DNA of 20,034 bases from Candidatus Heimdallarchaeota archaeon (GCA_030629105.1 DAOVPS010000032.1:1-20034); one strand, 5' to 3'; shown: positions 1 through 9,091, numbered from the stretch's first letter. Notes: generated from the sequence alone by a model not told the origin. Translations and numbers: made by a program.

Positions 1-512
1 ACAATACCGACCATCTCGGCAGCATCATTAAATATAATAGCTGCTTCAGTGTCTGAAAATTCCATAATCTTCTGACAAACTGGCAACGGTGTTTCTTGCC
101 AGACACCTAAAATTTTATTTGACATGTATGCTTCAATGGTTTTTTCAGAAGAAGCTATGGCAATTACTTTAGAAATAATATCACCTATTGTTATTAAACC
201 GACCAGTTTCTTATTAGAAATAACAGGAAGTTGTCTATATCCATTGTCAGTAAGAATGGGAATGACATCTGAAATAAGATCTTTTTTAGCTGCTGTTATG
301 GGTTTGGTAGTCATTAAAAGAGCTAGCTGTGTTTCCGATGGTTTATTCACTATGTCTGTTTCTGTGACGATACCTACTAATTCATCAGTATCGGCTTTAA
401 TTACAGGAAAGCATGTCAAATCTGTTTCTCGAATTAAAACGAATAATTCTTCTCTTGTACCTGGTACCTTTGCGCACACATGATCTGTTGTCATTATATC
501 TGCTACTTTCAA
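1..512 (-). CDS. CBS-domain (Bateman) protein, 3' end cut by the window edge
   Basis: Missing from the ORF track because it runs off the left edge. My minus-strand translation from TTG 510-512 (alternative ATG 492-494) reads LKVADIMTTDHVCAKVPGTREELFVLIRETDLTCFPVIKADTDELVGIVTETDIV...KPITAAKKDLISDVIPILTDNGYRQLPVISNKKLVGLITIGDIISKV... This shows tandem CBS repeats with the usual DIMT / PV / lvGIvT.Di pattern. An in-frame TAA lies at 558-560. The + ORF 124..483 is its antisense shadow. Confidence 0.75.
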   Translation of the reverse strand, partial: MKVADIMTTDHVCAKVPGTREELFVLIRETDLTCFPVIKADTDELVGIVTETDIVNKPSETQLALLMTTKPITAAKKDLISDVIPILTDNGYRQLPVISNKKLVGLITIGDIISKVIAIASSEKTIEAYMSNKILGVWQETPLPVCQKIMEFSDTEAAIIFNDAAEMVGI

Positions 513-668
513 GATTCTTCCTCCGGTAGTTTCAACTGGAACAATAGATTGTTTAAGTTATTATCATTAATCAATAATTTCATGATTAAAAGACTTTTTA
601 TGAATATTTTACTCATCATCTTTTATATTTTGTTTGGTTAATCATATTTAGTTGCATATTATTCCTTC

Positions 669-1694
669 TCAACAAACTCTTGGAATTTGTTCCCCTATCG
701 GTTTCTCAATAATCCTATGTCCCCCTACAATTGTCTTGGAGAATACATAACCAGGTCTATCTGCTTTAACTTCACCAATAATTGCTGCTTTAGCCCCATT
801 AGGTGTTTTCTTAATTGCTTTTAAAACTGCATCCACCTTATCTGCTTTGACGCCGAACAAAACTCTCCCTTCACAAGTGACCCCTAGTGGTTCTAAACCT
901 AGCATATCACTTGCAGCAGTTACAGCGGGATCTACGGGGATTTTTTCATCTTCTAGCCAAAGACTAACATTTGATTTTTCCGCGAATTCGTTTAATGCTG
1001 AAGCTAATCCTCCTCTTGTAGGATCTTTCATTGAAACTACCCCTCCAATTGCTAAAGCTGCTTCTACTATATCTTGAACAGAGGTGACATCGGATACAAG
1101 CTCAGTCTCAAAAGATATTCCTTCACGTCCTGCCATAAGTGCAATACCATGGTCACCAACAGTGCCCGAAATGATGAGTTTGTCTCCGGGTTGAAGCTTT
1201 GAATCTCGAATATCTAAATCTTCAGACTCTATAATCCCTATTCCAGCAGTAACAACGATCATTTGATCCAAGGTACCTCTTGGCATAACTTTGGTATCCC
1301 CAGCAACAATAGCTACATTATTTTTCTCTGCAGTGGATGCAATTGAATCCACTATTTTTTGTAAATCTTTAATCGGAAATCCTTCTTCAACAATTATACT
1401 CGAGAGAATCGCTAATGGTTTCCCTCCCATTACGCAGACATCATTAATCGTTCCAGTTATTGCCAGCTCTCCAAGGTCCCCTCCCGGGAAAAATATCGGA
1501 TGAACAGTGTGACCGTCAATTGATGTAACTATTCGAGTTTTTCCAATAGGAATAGTTGCTCCATCATCTTTTTCATCTAATCCTATACCTTCACCAACTT
1601 TTCTGATCTTGATGTTTTTCATGACAATTTCTAACATCTCATCCATTTTTTTTCCGCCAGCACCATGGGCGATTTCAACGAATTCTGGTAACAT
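669..1694 (-). CDS. hypE: [NiFe]-hydrogenase maturation protein HypE (PurM/AIR-synthase-like fold)
   Basis: 341 aa. The N-terminus is IAHGAGGKKMDEMLEIV. The PurM-like core has GDTKV and GTVGDHG motifs. The C-terminus ends ...EQIPRVC, matching the HypE PR(I/V)C terminal cysteine that carries the cyano group. GGTGA lies 4 nt upstream of the ATG. Confidence 0.93.
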   Translation of the reverse strand: MLPEFVEIAHGAGGKKMDEMLEIVMKNIKIRKVGEGIGLDEKDDGATIPIGKTRIVTSIDGHTVHPIFFPGGDLGELAITGTINDVCVMGGKPLAILSSIIVEEGFPIKDLQKIVDSIASTAEKNNVAIVAGDTKVMPRGTLDQMIVVTAGIGIIESEDLDIRDSKLQPGDKLIISGTVGDHGIALMAGREGISFETELVSDVTSVQDIVEAALAIGGVVSMKDPTRGGLASALNEFAEKSNVSLWLEDEKIPVDPAVTAASDMLGLEPLGVTCEGRVLFGVKADKVDAVLKAIKKTPNGAKAAIIGEVKADRPGYVFSKTIVGGHRIIEKPIGEQIPRVC

Positions 1695-1902
1695 TTTCTC
1701 ACCATCTTAAGATAATTAACAAAACAAATGAATTTTAGGGTTTAGTTTTTGAGATTAATGAGGAACATGATTTTAGAATAAATAGTCTTTTGTTAGATTT
1801 CATAAATTACAGTTAACTACAAATAAATTCATATATTACCGGGGAAAAAAATACAACTATTAATAAGGAAAAATTGAACGAATAACTTTAGGTGAAAAAA
1901 AA

Positions 1903-2193
1903 GTGAGTAAAGTAAAAGCATCACATATCCTTGTAGAAAAACATTCCAAAGCTGAAGAAATTTTAAACCAACTCAAATCAGCAAATCCAAAACAATTACC
2001 AAACCTCTTTGCTAAACTTGCGAGAGAAAAATCTACTTGTCCTTCAAAGAAAAGAGGAGGAAATTTAGGAGAATTTGGTCGAGGTAAAATGGCGAAAGAA
2101 TTTGAACGAGCTGCTTTTGCACTTGAGAAAGGAAAAATTTCTGGAGTTGTAAAAACGCAATTTGGTTATCATATAATTCTCAGAACCGGTTAA
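1903..2193 (+). CDS. Parvulin-type peptidyl-prolyl cis-trans isomerase (single-domain, archaeal PinA/Par10-like)
   Basis: 96 aa with a GTG start preceded by AGGTGA. KASHILV...LAREKSTCPSKKRGGNLGEFGRGKMAKEFERAAF...GVVKTQFGYHII is the canonical parvulin rotamase signature. Confidence 0.9.
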   Translation: MSKVKASHILVEKHSKAEEILNQLKSANPKQLPNLFAKLAREKSTCPSKKRGGNLGEFGRGKMAKEFERAAFALEKGKISGVVKTQFGYHIILRTG

Positions 2194-2235
2194 AATAAGC
2201 AATACAGAAATCTGAATAGTTCTTCTTGTTTAGTC

Positions 2236-2436
2236 TTACTTTCCATCATCATACCAATGAACGCAACCAACTGGACAATCATCCATGACTTTCTGAATTG
2301 CTGCTTTTTCGGCTTTGTCAGAGGCATATACTTCGGATTTACCCTCAGGTGCCATACGAAAAACTGCGGAAAGGGCAATTGAACAAAGACCACAGCCTGC
2401 ACATTCATAAATATTCACCCGAGGTATTTTTGTCAT
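2236..2436 (-). CDS. Small single-cluster ferredoxin ([4Fe-4S]/[3Fe-4S] type)
   Basis: 66 aa. The CAGCGLC...CP cysteine pattern (C12, C15, C18, C54-P) and the VFRMAPEGK segment resemble Pyrococcus-type monocluster ferredoxins. The 2190..2408 ORF is an overlapping alternate frame and is rejected. Confidence 0.8.
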   Translation of the reverse strand: MTKIPRVNIYECAGCGLCSIALSAVFRMAPEGKSEVYASDKAEKAAIQKVMDDCPVGCVHWYDDGK

Positions 2437-2540
2437 TTTCTTTTACACTCTAATTATTAATGGTCATTTTATCATGTTTTCAATTATAGAAGCTTCATTA
2501 TCATTTAATTTTTTCGCTTGAAATCACTAAAGATTTAAAT

Positions 2541-2590
2541 AAAAAAATAAGCGGAAAGAGAAGAAAATAGTGGAAGCAATTATTTGCTTC
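2541..2590 (-). terminator. Hairpin plus T-rich tract downstream of the ABC ATPase gene
   Basis: A perfect 7-bp stem GAAGCAA/TTGCTTC (2573-2579 / 2584-2590) with a 4-nt loop lies 8 nt past the stop. On the minus strand it is followed by CTATTTTCTTCTCTTTCCGCTTATTTTTTT. Confidence 0.4.
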
Positions 2591-2597
2591 ATTAGTT

Positions 2598-3758
2598 CTA
2601 TCCTAAATCTTCTTCTGTTTCTTTTCTTTTGAAGATTTTTTGCATTCGTTTGCGGAAGCCTTTTTCAGCAATTAGATCAAGTTGGTCGTCGACATATACT
2701 TCTCGCATTTTTTCTGTGTACTCTTCGACTTCTGAAATAGGATATTTGTTGAATAAATGGCATCTAACAGTGTGGTGTGGAGCAACTTGTCGTAATTTTG
2801 GAATGTCTACCTTACAGATGTCCATAGTATGGGAACATCGTGGGTGGAAACGACAACCATCAGGTGGTTCAATTAGATTCGGAATAGATCCAGGAATGAT
2901 TGTTAAATCATCATCTTTTCTTGTATCCGGTTTTGGAATTGCACCTAATAATGCGATAGTATATGGATGCATTGGGTTCTTGTAAACTTCAATGGTTGAA
3001 GCATATTCTACAATATAACCTGCATACATAACAGTAGTATAATCACACAATTCCGCAATAACTCCAAGGTCGTGAGTAATGAGCATAATAGACATGTTGA
3101 ACTCATTACGAATAGCCTTGAATATGTTCAAAATTTGTGCTTGAATAGTAACGTCTAATGCTGTTGTTGGTTCATCAGCTATTAGCAACTCTGGATTACA
3201 GGAAAGAGCCATAGCAATCATAACTCTTTGTCTCATACCTCCAGAGAACATAAATGGATAATCATCAACTCTATCAGCAGCACTTGGAATACCAACTAAA
3301 TCCATGATCTTAATAGAATTTTCTCTTGCAGTTTGAAGATCTACTTCTTGGTGAAGCCTAATGGCTTCCATGATTTGATCGCCAACAGTAAGAACTGGAT
3401 TAAGTGAAGTCATAGGATCTTGGAAGATCATAGCAATTTTGTTGCCACGAATGGTGCGCATTTCAGCATCCGATTTCTTTCTGAGATCTTCTCCTCTGAA
3501 CCAAACTTCTCCTTCAATAATTTTACCAGGTGGGTCAGGAACAATGCCCATAACAGATAAAGCACTCACTGATTTTCCACAACCAGATTCGCCTACAATT
3601 CCGAGTGTTTTTGATTCATAAACTTTATACCCGACGTTTTCAAGTGCTCTAACAATGCCTTCCTCGGTAAAGAAATAAGTCCGAATTCCACGGACGTCAA
3701 GTAAAACGCCTTCTTCTTCAGGTGGGCGCATTTCTTCTTCAAAGGTTGTATCGCTCAT
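2598..3758 (-). CDS. ABC transporter ATP-binding protein, oligopeptide/dipeptide (OppD/DppD) family
   Basis: Walker A is GESGCGKS, the signature is FSGGMRQR, Walker B is [12 protein letters not shown] and the H-loop is ITHDL. The Opp-type C-terminal domain has HPYT and a Cys-rich CRFHPRC...C...C segment. I prefer ATG 3758 (MSDTTF...), which has GGAGA 7 nt upstream, over the track start at 3815. Confidence 0.9.
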   Translation of the reverse strand: MSDTTFEEEMRPPEEEGVLLDVRGIRTYFFTEEGIVRALENVGYKVYESKTLGIVGESGCGKSVSALSVMGIVPDPPGKIIEGEVWFRGEDLRKKSDAEMRTIRGNKIAMIFQDPMTSLNPVLTVGDQIMEAIRLHQEVDLQTARENSIKIMDLVGIPSAADRVDDYPFMFSGGMRQRVMIAMALSCNPELLIADEPTTALDVTIQAQILNIFKAIRNEFNMSIMLITHDLGVIAELCDYTTVMYAGYIVEYASTIEVYKNPMHPYTIALLGAIPKPDTRKDDDLTIIPGSIPNLIEPPDGCRFHPRCSHTMDICKVDIPKLRQVAPHHTVRCHLFNKYPISEVEEYTEKMREVYVDDQLDLIAEKGFRKRMQKIFKRKETEEDLG

Positions 3759-4107
3759 TTTCTTATCTCCGAAACAATTCCGCCTATTATTTTCTATTAT
3801 AGTACTATTAAACAATTTTCTTCGATTTAATTAATTTTCTATAGTAGACATAATCGAATGTGAAAATTACTTTCTTTTTATGAATAGAAACTATTAACAA
3901 ATTTTACTTTAAAAATAATGTGTTTGTTTCGTGGAATGCTTTTTTAAGTGATTTTGAGCTGTTTTTGTTAAAAAAAATATTGAAAAATCGGTGTTTACTC
4001 TCTTTAGTGAATTGACCAATTATTTTTTATATATCATAAAATTCACCTTTTGTTTGAAATTTACTTATTGATGATTTAATGAAACAATCTTTGGAGATAG
4101 AAACCAA

Positions 4108-5448
4108 ATGACACCTACTAAAGTTATCATTATGGGAGCAGCTGGAAGAGATTTCCATAATTTTAATACTTATTTTAGAGATAATGAGAATTATGAAGTC
4201 GTTGCCTTTACTGCAACACAAATCCCTGATATAGAAGGACGAACCTATCCTAAAGAACTTGCAGGGAATCTTTATCCAAAGGGAATCCCAATTTTTGATG
4301 AAGTAAAATTAGCAGAAGTTATTGAGAAGACAAAAGCAGATGTTTGTGTGCTTTCTTACAGTGATTTACCTTATGATTATGTTATGCATTTAGCTTCAAA
4401 GGTTATGGGCTTAGGACCCAACTTCTGGATGCTCGGAAAGAAGAAGACCTCAATTGAATCCTCAAAACCTGTTATTTCAGTTTGTGCTGTTAGAACAGGA
4501 TGTGGAAAGAGTCAAACTAGTCGAAAAATCGCAGTCAGTCTTTCCAAAATGGGTTTAAAAGTTGTGGCGATTCGTCATCCTATGCCTTATGATCCGGACC
4601 TAAATTCACAAGCTTGTCAAAGATATGCAACCTTAGATGATTTAGACAAATACCGTTGCACAATTGAGGAAAGAGAGGAATATGAACCCCTCATAATGAA
4701 TGGTATTATTCTCTACGCAGGCATTGATTATGGACTAATTCTAAAAGAAGCAGAGAAAGAAGCTGATATTATTTTATGGGATGGTGGTAACAACGATTTT
4801 CCATTCTATAAATCAGATTTAGAGATTGTGGTAACAGATCCCCACCGACCTGGTCATGAAGTTAGTTATTATCCGGGTGAAGTTAACCTAAGAACTGCAG
4901 ATGTTGTTATAATCAACAAAATGGCAACTGCTGATAGAGAAAACATTGCAATTGTAAGATCAAATATAGCGAGAGTCAATCCAAAAGCAACTGTGATTGA
5001 TGGAGCTTCTCCCTTGACCGTTGATGGTTATGAGAAGATAAAGGGTAAACGAGTTCTTGTAGTAGAAGATGGTCCAACTCTAACCCATGGTGACATGGAA
5101 TATGGTGCAGGAGCACTTGCAGCTTGGAAATTCGGAGCTAAGGAGCTTATAGATCCAAGACCGAAAGCAGTTGGATCCATTAAAGCAACTTTTGAGAAAT
5201 ACAATCACTTAGGAATTATCCTTCCAGCAATGGGTTATGGTCAGAAACAAGTCGACGAACTCGAAAAAACAATAAATGACATTGATTGTGATTTAGTTTT
5301 GATAGGAACACCAATCGATTTGGCACGAATCGTCAAAATAAAGCATGAAACTGTTAGAGTAAAGTATGACTTACAAGAAATTGGTCATCCCGATTTGATG
5401 GATGTCCTTAAACCATTCTTGAAGAAAAAAGGATTACTGAAAAAGTAG
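4108..5448 (+). CDS. Cyclic 2,3-diphosphoglycerate synthetase-like P-loop NTPase family protein (often annotated simply as GTPase)
   Basis: 446 aa. The N-terminus VIIMGAAGRDFHNFNTYFRDNENYEVVAFTATQIP matches my recollection of the cDPGS-like family. There is an internal P-loop-like RTGCGKSQTS. GGAG lies 11 nt upstream of the ATG. The family assignment is from memory and was not searched. Confidence 0.5.
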   Translation: MTPTKVIIMGAAGRDFHNFNTYFRDNENYEVVAFTATQIPDIEGRTYPKELAGNLYPKGIPIFDEVKLAEVIEKTKADVCVLSYSDLPYDYVMHLASKVMGLGPNFWMLGKKKTSIESSKPVISVCAVRTGCGKSQTSRKIAVSLSKMGLKVVAIRHPMPYDPDLNSQACQRYATLDDLDKYRCTIEEREEYEPLIMNGIILYAGIDYGLILKEAEKEADIILWDGGNNDFPFYKSDLEIVVTDPHRPGHEVSYYPGEVNLRTADVVIINKMATADRENIAIVRSNIARVNPKATVIDGASPLTVDGYEKIKGKRVLVVEDGPTLTHGDMEYGAGALAAWKFGAKELIDPRPKAVGSIKATFEKYNHLGIILPAMGYGQKQVDELEKTINDIDCDLVLIGTPIDLARIVKIKHETVRVKYDLQEIGHPDLMDVLKPFLKKKGLLKK

Positions 5449-5457
5449 ATTAACAAA

Positions 5458-5483
5458 GACGGTTAGAGGTTTTTCTCTCCGTC
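5458..5483. terminator. Hairpin between convergent genes
   Basis: GACGGttAGAGgtttttCTCTCCGTC is an interrupted 9-bp stem between the stop at 5448 (+) and the stop at 5487 (-). T-rich sequence follows on the + strand. Confidence 0.35.
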
Positions 5484-5486
5484 ACT

Positions 5487-6422
5487 TTATTTTCTTTTCT
5501 TTTTGCAATTTTTGGCAAATGTTTTTCGAAGAATTTTAATCTGAGCTGAAACATCTTCTTGTGGTTTATTACCTTTAATTTTTAAAATTGAACTATCATT
5601 AATCGCAAAAAGAATCGAGATTATTCGAAGATCGCCTAAACCAGGTAATATAGTCTGTCCTTCTTCTGCTACTACAATGCATAACTTCTTTGTAGCTTTA
5701 CATTTATTCTCACAATCGGAGCAATCTTCTATTTCAGCCTGGACATCATTGTTTTGTAAACTTACTCGGAATATGATATCATCTTGTTTAAGTAATACTT
5801 CGTGTTTTTCATTGATATCAAATCCCTGTTTCTTTACTAAATTCTCTATGGTTTCCAAGTTAAATCCTATTGGAATATATGTTGTTGTACGTTGTATATT
5901 GACAACTATATCTTCTACTAAATCTCTTAAGAGGGATGCAATATCATCTGGATTTTCCCATTGATGAAATGAAAAATTCTTAAGGTACTTTTCTCTGAAA
6001 ACTTTTCTAAATTTGGTCTTCATTTGTGAATAGGCTTTTTTGTTTTCAATTTTAGGTGTGAGTATTACTATTTCGTAAACAGCATTTATTTTGTCTTGAA
6101 CAATCTCCAAGGTATTTTTCACGAAATTGTGTGCATTTTTGGATCCGCACATGAAGATGTATTTCCTTGCTCCCACAAAGTAGAAGGGTAAAATTACTCG
6201 GTTTAAAGGTGTCCCGGTGACTGTTGTGACCCATATTTGTAAATCAACTTCCCCTCGAGAGGTATTAGTTCGAAAAACAATTGGATCTACTCCTATTAAT
6301 TGAAGGAGGTTTCCTTTGTGATGAGCAGTGATCTCTCTCAGATGTTCATGGTAATGATCTTTTAGAATGGTTGGTTCTAAAACCAACATGACTTTCGTGA
6401 GAAATCTTACCATGAAATGCAC
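5487..6422 (-). CDS. Rab/Ras-like small-GTPase-fold protein with degenerate nucleotide-binding motifs, plus a Cys-rich C-terminal domain (putative pseudo-GTPase)
   Basis: 311 aa. Aligned by eye to Rab: KVMLVLEPTILKD replaces KxxxxGxxGVGKS (G1 lost). LIGVDPIVFRT...VDLQIWVTTVTG parallels TIGVDF...VKLQIWDTAGQ (G3 Asp and Gly lost). FYFVGARKYIFMC parallels YYRGAxGxxxVYD. IVILTPKIE parallels LVGNKxDL (G4 lost). The C-terminal ~130 aa carry CSDCENKCKATKKLC and a polybasic tail. The ORF is solid; the fold call is inference. An alternative start is ATG 6413. Confidence 0.45.
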   Translation of the reverse strand: MHFMVRFLTKVMLVLEPTILKDHYHEHLREITAHHKGNLLQLIGVDPIVFRTNTSRGEVDLQIWVTTVTGTPLNRVILPFYFVGARKYIFMCGSKNAHNFVKNTLEIVQDKINAVYEIVILTPKIENKKAYSQMKTKFRKVFREKYLKNFSFHQWENPDDIASLLRDLVEDIVVNIQRTTTYIPIGFNLETIENLVKKQGFDINEKHEVLLKQDDIIFRVSLQNNDVQAEIEDCSDCENKCKATKKLCIVVAEEGQTILPGLGDLRIISILFAINDSSILKIKGNKPQEDVSAQIKILRKTFAKNCKKKRK

Positions 6423-6531
6423 CTGAACTATTCATTAACTGTCTGCTAACACAAACGTTAGTATTTAACAAATATTAATCTTTCAATCTCAGAATTAGAA
6501 TAAAAGCTTTTTTTAATTTCAATTGGTAAGT

Positions 6532-7287
6532 ATGATTATGGATCAGCATTACCCAATTATACCAGCAAATTCAATCCCATTCATAACTGTTGAACAAATG
6601 ATAGAAGTAGACCGATTAATGATGGAAGAATATCAGATATCATTAGTTCAAATGATGGAGAATGCTGCTTATAATCTTGCTTTACTAAGTAAAACTCTTT
6701 ATCCTGAAGTTGAGAATTTTATAATCTTAGCTGGTAAAGGAAATAATGGTGGAGGAGGATTAGGAGCTGCTCGTAGACTGCATAACTGGGGATTTTCTGT
6801 TACTGTTTTACTTGCAAGTGAAGAAGGATCATTAAAAGCAGTTCCTGCTAAACAACTTGAAATATTAAAAAAGCTAAAAATAAAAATCCTACACAATATA
6901 GCTGACTTTGATAAACTACTTGACAAAAAATCTGAAAGAACACTCATAATTGATGCTTTACTGGGTTATAGTTTGAAAGGGAATCCTCGAGGTAAATATA
7001 AACATTTAATCAATAAAGCAAAAGAATCTAATCTACCAATAATAAGTTTAGATATTCCATCCGGTATAGAAGGTACCAAAGGATTAGTTCTCAAACCAGC
7101 AATTGAAGCTGATATTACAATGACTTTAGCATTACCCAAAACAGCTTTTCTGAATAGAGCAGCCAAACAATTTCTTGGAAGATTATTTGTAGCAGATATT
7201 TCAGTGCCAATTGAACTTTACGAAGAAATGGGAGTTAAGGTTAACAAATCACTTTTTCATAGAAGTACTATAGTCGAGATTAAATGA
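6532..7287 (+). CDS. nnrE: NAD(P)H-hydrate epimerase (YjeF N-terminal domain, stand-alone)
   Basis: ILAGKGNNGGGGLGAARRLHNWGF...IIDALLGYSLKG...ISLDIPSG is the YjeF_N/NnrE signature. ATG 6532 is preferred over TTG 6523. An A/T-rich TATA-like box at ~6495-6506 lies ~26-37 nt upstream, so the transcript may be leaderless. Confidence 0.88.
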   Translation: MIMDQHYPIIPANSIPFITVEQMIEVDRLMMEEYQISLVQMMENAAYNLALLSKTLYPEVENFIILAGKGNNGGGGLGAARRLHNWGFSVTVLLASEEGSLKAVPAKQLEILKKLKIKILHNIADFDKLLDKKSERTLIIDALLGYSLKGNPRGKYKHLINKAKESNLPIISLDIPSGIEGTKGLVLKPAIEADITMTLALPKTAFLNRAAKQFLGRLFVADISVPIELYEEMGVKVNKSLFHRSTIVEIK

Positions 7288-7312
7288 AAAAAGAAGTATA
7301 TACGTGTAGATT

Positions 7313-9091
7313 TCAATCCACACGTTTAGTTGATGCAGCCATTTTATCTGGATCCGAGATTATCTCTATTAATGCTGGTTTTCCTGATTGTAGAGCTTGC
7401 TCAAATGCTACATCTAATTTCTTAGGATCTTTTACTCTTACACCGAAACCGCCACAAGAGTTTGCGAATTCTGCAAAATTTGGATTTGGAAATTCTACTC
7501 CAAAAACAGGATATCCATCTCGAAGTAATTCCTTTTTGATGTTCTTTAGAACGCCATCATTGAAAACCACAACAACTATATTCAATTTTTCTCGTACAGC
7601 AGTGGTAAAATCTGCCATTAACATAGCAAATCCACCATCGCCAGTTACACAAACAACTTGCTGTTTGGGATATTCAAGTTTCGCAACTAAAGCAGCAGGC
7701 AAACCAAAACCCATGCTTGCAATGTTGGCATTGAGATACGTTCTGTGACCTTCACAAATGAATTTCTTGTAAAACCAATATGTATGATCACCAACATCAA
7801 CGGTAAAAATAGTGTCTTTTTTGAAATTTCTTCTAAGAGCCTGAATAACAAATCCAGGATTTATTGGTATTGAGAAATCTTTTCCTTCTGTCTCGAGTTC
7901 CGCAAAGTGCTCAGCCCTCATCTTTTTGGCTTCAGCTAAAAACTCTTCATCTTCTGTTTTTTCTTTAACAAGAGGAACTATTTTCTGAAGAATTAAACCA
8001 GCATCACCTACGAGGCCAACATTCACATCAAATGTTTTCCCAATTCTTGTAGGATCTTTATCAATTTGTAGAATCTTGACTCCTGCAGGAACTAAGTTTG
8101 CTTGTCTGAACCCTGATCCTATGATTATAATGAGATCAGCTTTCTGAATGGCTTTTGCAGCATGTTTTGTACCAATTGATCCCAACACACCCAAAGCTAA
8201 TTCATGAGTTTCATGAACAACACCCTTCACTCGAGAGGTTGTAGCAATTGGAGCTTTTAATTTCTCAGCCAATTCAACAAGTAAATCACCACAATGACGT
8301 GCCCCCCAACCACCAAAAACTACTGGTTTCTTGCAACCATCGATTAGCTTTATAGCTTTCTTAATCTCATCATCTGTTGCAACGACTTCGCTTTGGAATA
8401 TTCGCTTCTCTGGTTGAATTATTGAATCTTCAATCGTTTCAGCAAGAACATCAGTTGGACAACTGAGAACGGATAAACCCGGCTTCTTAAGAGCGTATTT
8501 CGCAGCCATCATAGTAAGTTTGATAGCTTGATTTGATCGAGCAACAGTTTCTGCATATTCTGAAAACGGTCTAAAAAGCTCGATTTGATCTATTTCTTGG
8601 AACGCTTCACTCCCAAGATACACTTCAGGTATTTGCCCGACTAATGCTAAGACAGGACTCCTATCAGTCGCAGCATCCATTAAACCTGTGATCATATTTG
8701 TGGCACCAGGACCAGCAATGGACATGCAGACACCTAACTTGTCGGTAATTTTACCATGAGCAGAAGCCATAAAGGCGCCTGTTTCTTCGTGCCTAACAAG
8801 AATGAAATCAATATTATCGTTTTTCCGAATCGCATTAACTAATGGTAAATTGGAATCTCCCGGAATACCGAAAACATGCTTAACTCCAAAAGCAACTAAT
8901 TGCTCAATGATTTTTTCAGCAACAGTTGTATCTGTTTTTTCAGACTTTTTTTTTCCTCCTAATAAAACAAAAGCAGATTTTGGGGCTCCACAAACCGGAC
9001 AAGTATAAGAGTGAGGCAAATCAGAGAATTTCACTCCTCTAACATCTTCTTCATAAAGATAATTACAAACAGTACAACGATAAATTGCCAT
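7313..9091 (-). CDS. Rubredoxin-domain fused to a PoxB/pyruvate-oxidase-like thiamine-diphosphate (TPP/FAD) enzyme
   Basis: The N-terminus MAIYRCTVCNYLYEE...YTCPVCGAPKSAF has two CxxC knuckles and is rubredoxin-like. A ~20-aa linker follows, then the TPP_N domain (FGIPGDSNLP...RHEETGAFMASAHGK...GPGATN). The TPP-binding motif VTGDGGFAMLMADFTTAVREKLNIVVVVFNDG closely resembles E. coli PoxB GDGGFSMLMGDF...VVFNN. ATG 9091 (GGAG 9 nt upstream) is preferred over 9112. Confidence 0.85.
   Translation of the reverse strand: MAIYRCTVCNYLYEEDVRGVKFSDLPHSYTCPVCGAPKSAFVLLGGKKKSEKTDTTVAEKIIEQLVAFGVKHVFGIPGDSNLPLVNAIRKNDNIDFILVRHEETGAFMASAHGKITDKLGVCMSIAGPGATNMITGLMDAATDRSPVLALVGQIPEVYLGSEAFQEIDQIELFRPFSEYAETVARSNQAIKLTMMAAKYALKKPGLSVLSCPTDVLAETIEDSIIQPEKRIFQSEVVATDDEIKKAIKLIDGCKKPVVFGGWGARHCGDLLVELAEKLKAPIATTSRVKGVVHETHELALGVLGSIGTKHAAKAIQKADLIIIIGSGFRQANLVPAGVKILQIDKDPTRIGKTFDVNVGLVGDAGLILQKIVPLVKEKTEDEEFLAEAKKMRAEHFAELETEGKDFSIPINPGFVIQALRRNFKKDTIFTVDVGDHTYWFYKKFICEGHRTYLNANIASMGFGLPAALVAKLEYPKQQVVCVTGDGGFAMLMADFTTAVREKLNIVVVVFNDGVLKNIKKELLRDGYPVFGVEFPNPNFAEFANSCGGFGVRVKDPKKLDVAFEQALQSGKPALIEIISDPDKMAASTKRVD

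Noticed and set aside
124-483. A 119-aa + strand ORF at the left edge.
   Set aside because: It lies entirely antisense to a clear CBS-domain coding frame on the minus strand. It has no motifs and a hydrophobic, low-complexity composition typical of shadow ORFs in AT-rich DNA.
669-1694. hypE occurs without neighbouring hypA, hypB, hypC, hypD, hypF or hydrogenase structural genes.
   Set aside because: Dispersed hyp genes are common in archaea. The protein looks intact, including the PRVC terminus. This is context only, not a finding.
4007-4016. A shared 10-mer GTGAATTGAC lies upstream of two + strand genes (4007-4016 before the cDPGS-like gene, 15120-15129 before the DUF457 gene). It could be a regulator-binding site.
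   Set aside because: There are only two occurrences, at different distances from the starts (~100 and ~60 nt). No dyad symmetry or flanking similarity is present. A single 10-mer coincidence among ~2 kb of AT-rich intergenic DNA is plausible by chance.
5487-5516. The C-terminal ...AKNCKKKRK of the Rab-like protein might be a eukaryote-style prenylation signal with a polybasic membrane-targeting tail.
   Set aside because: The Cys is followed by six basic residues and then the stop, so it is neither a CAAX, CC nor CXC box. The polybasic stretch alone does not support lipidation.
7284-7748. A 154-aa + strand ORF that appears to overlap the nnrE stop as a coupled downstream gene.
   Set aside because: It is antisense to the C-terminal TPP-binding domain of the rubredoxin-PoxB gene, which has strong motifs. 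Its sequence is Ser/Thr/Pro-rich with no recognisable domain. It is a shadow ORF.
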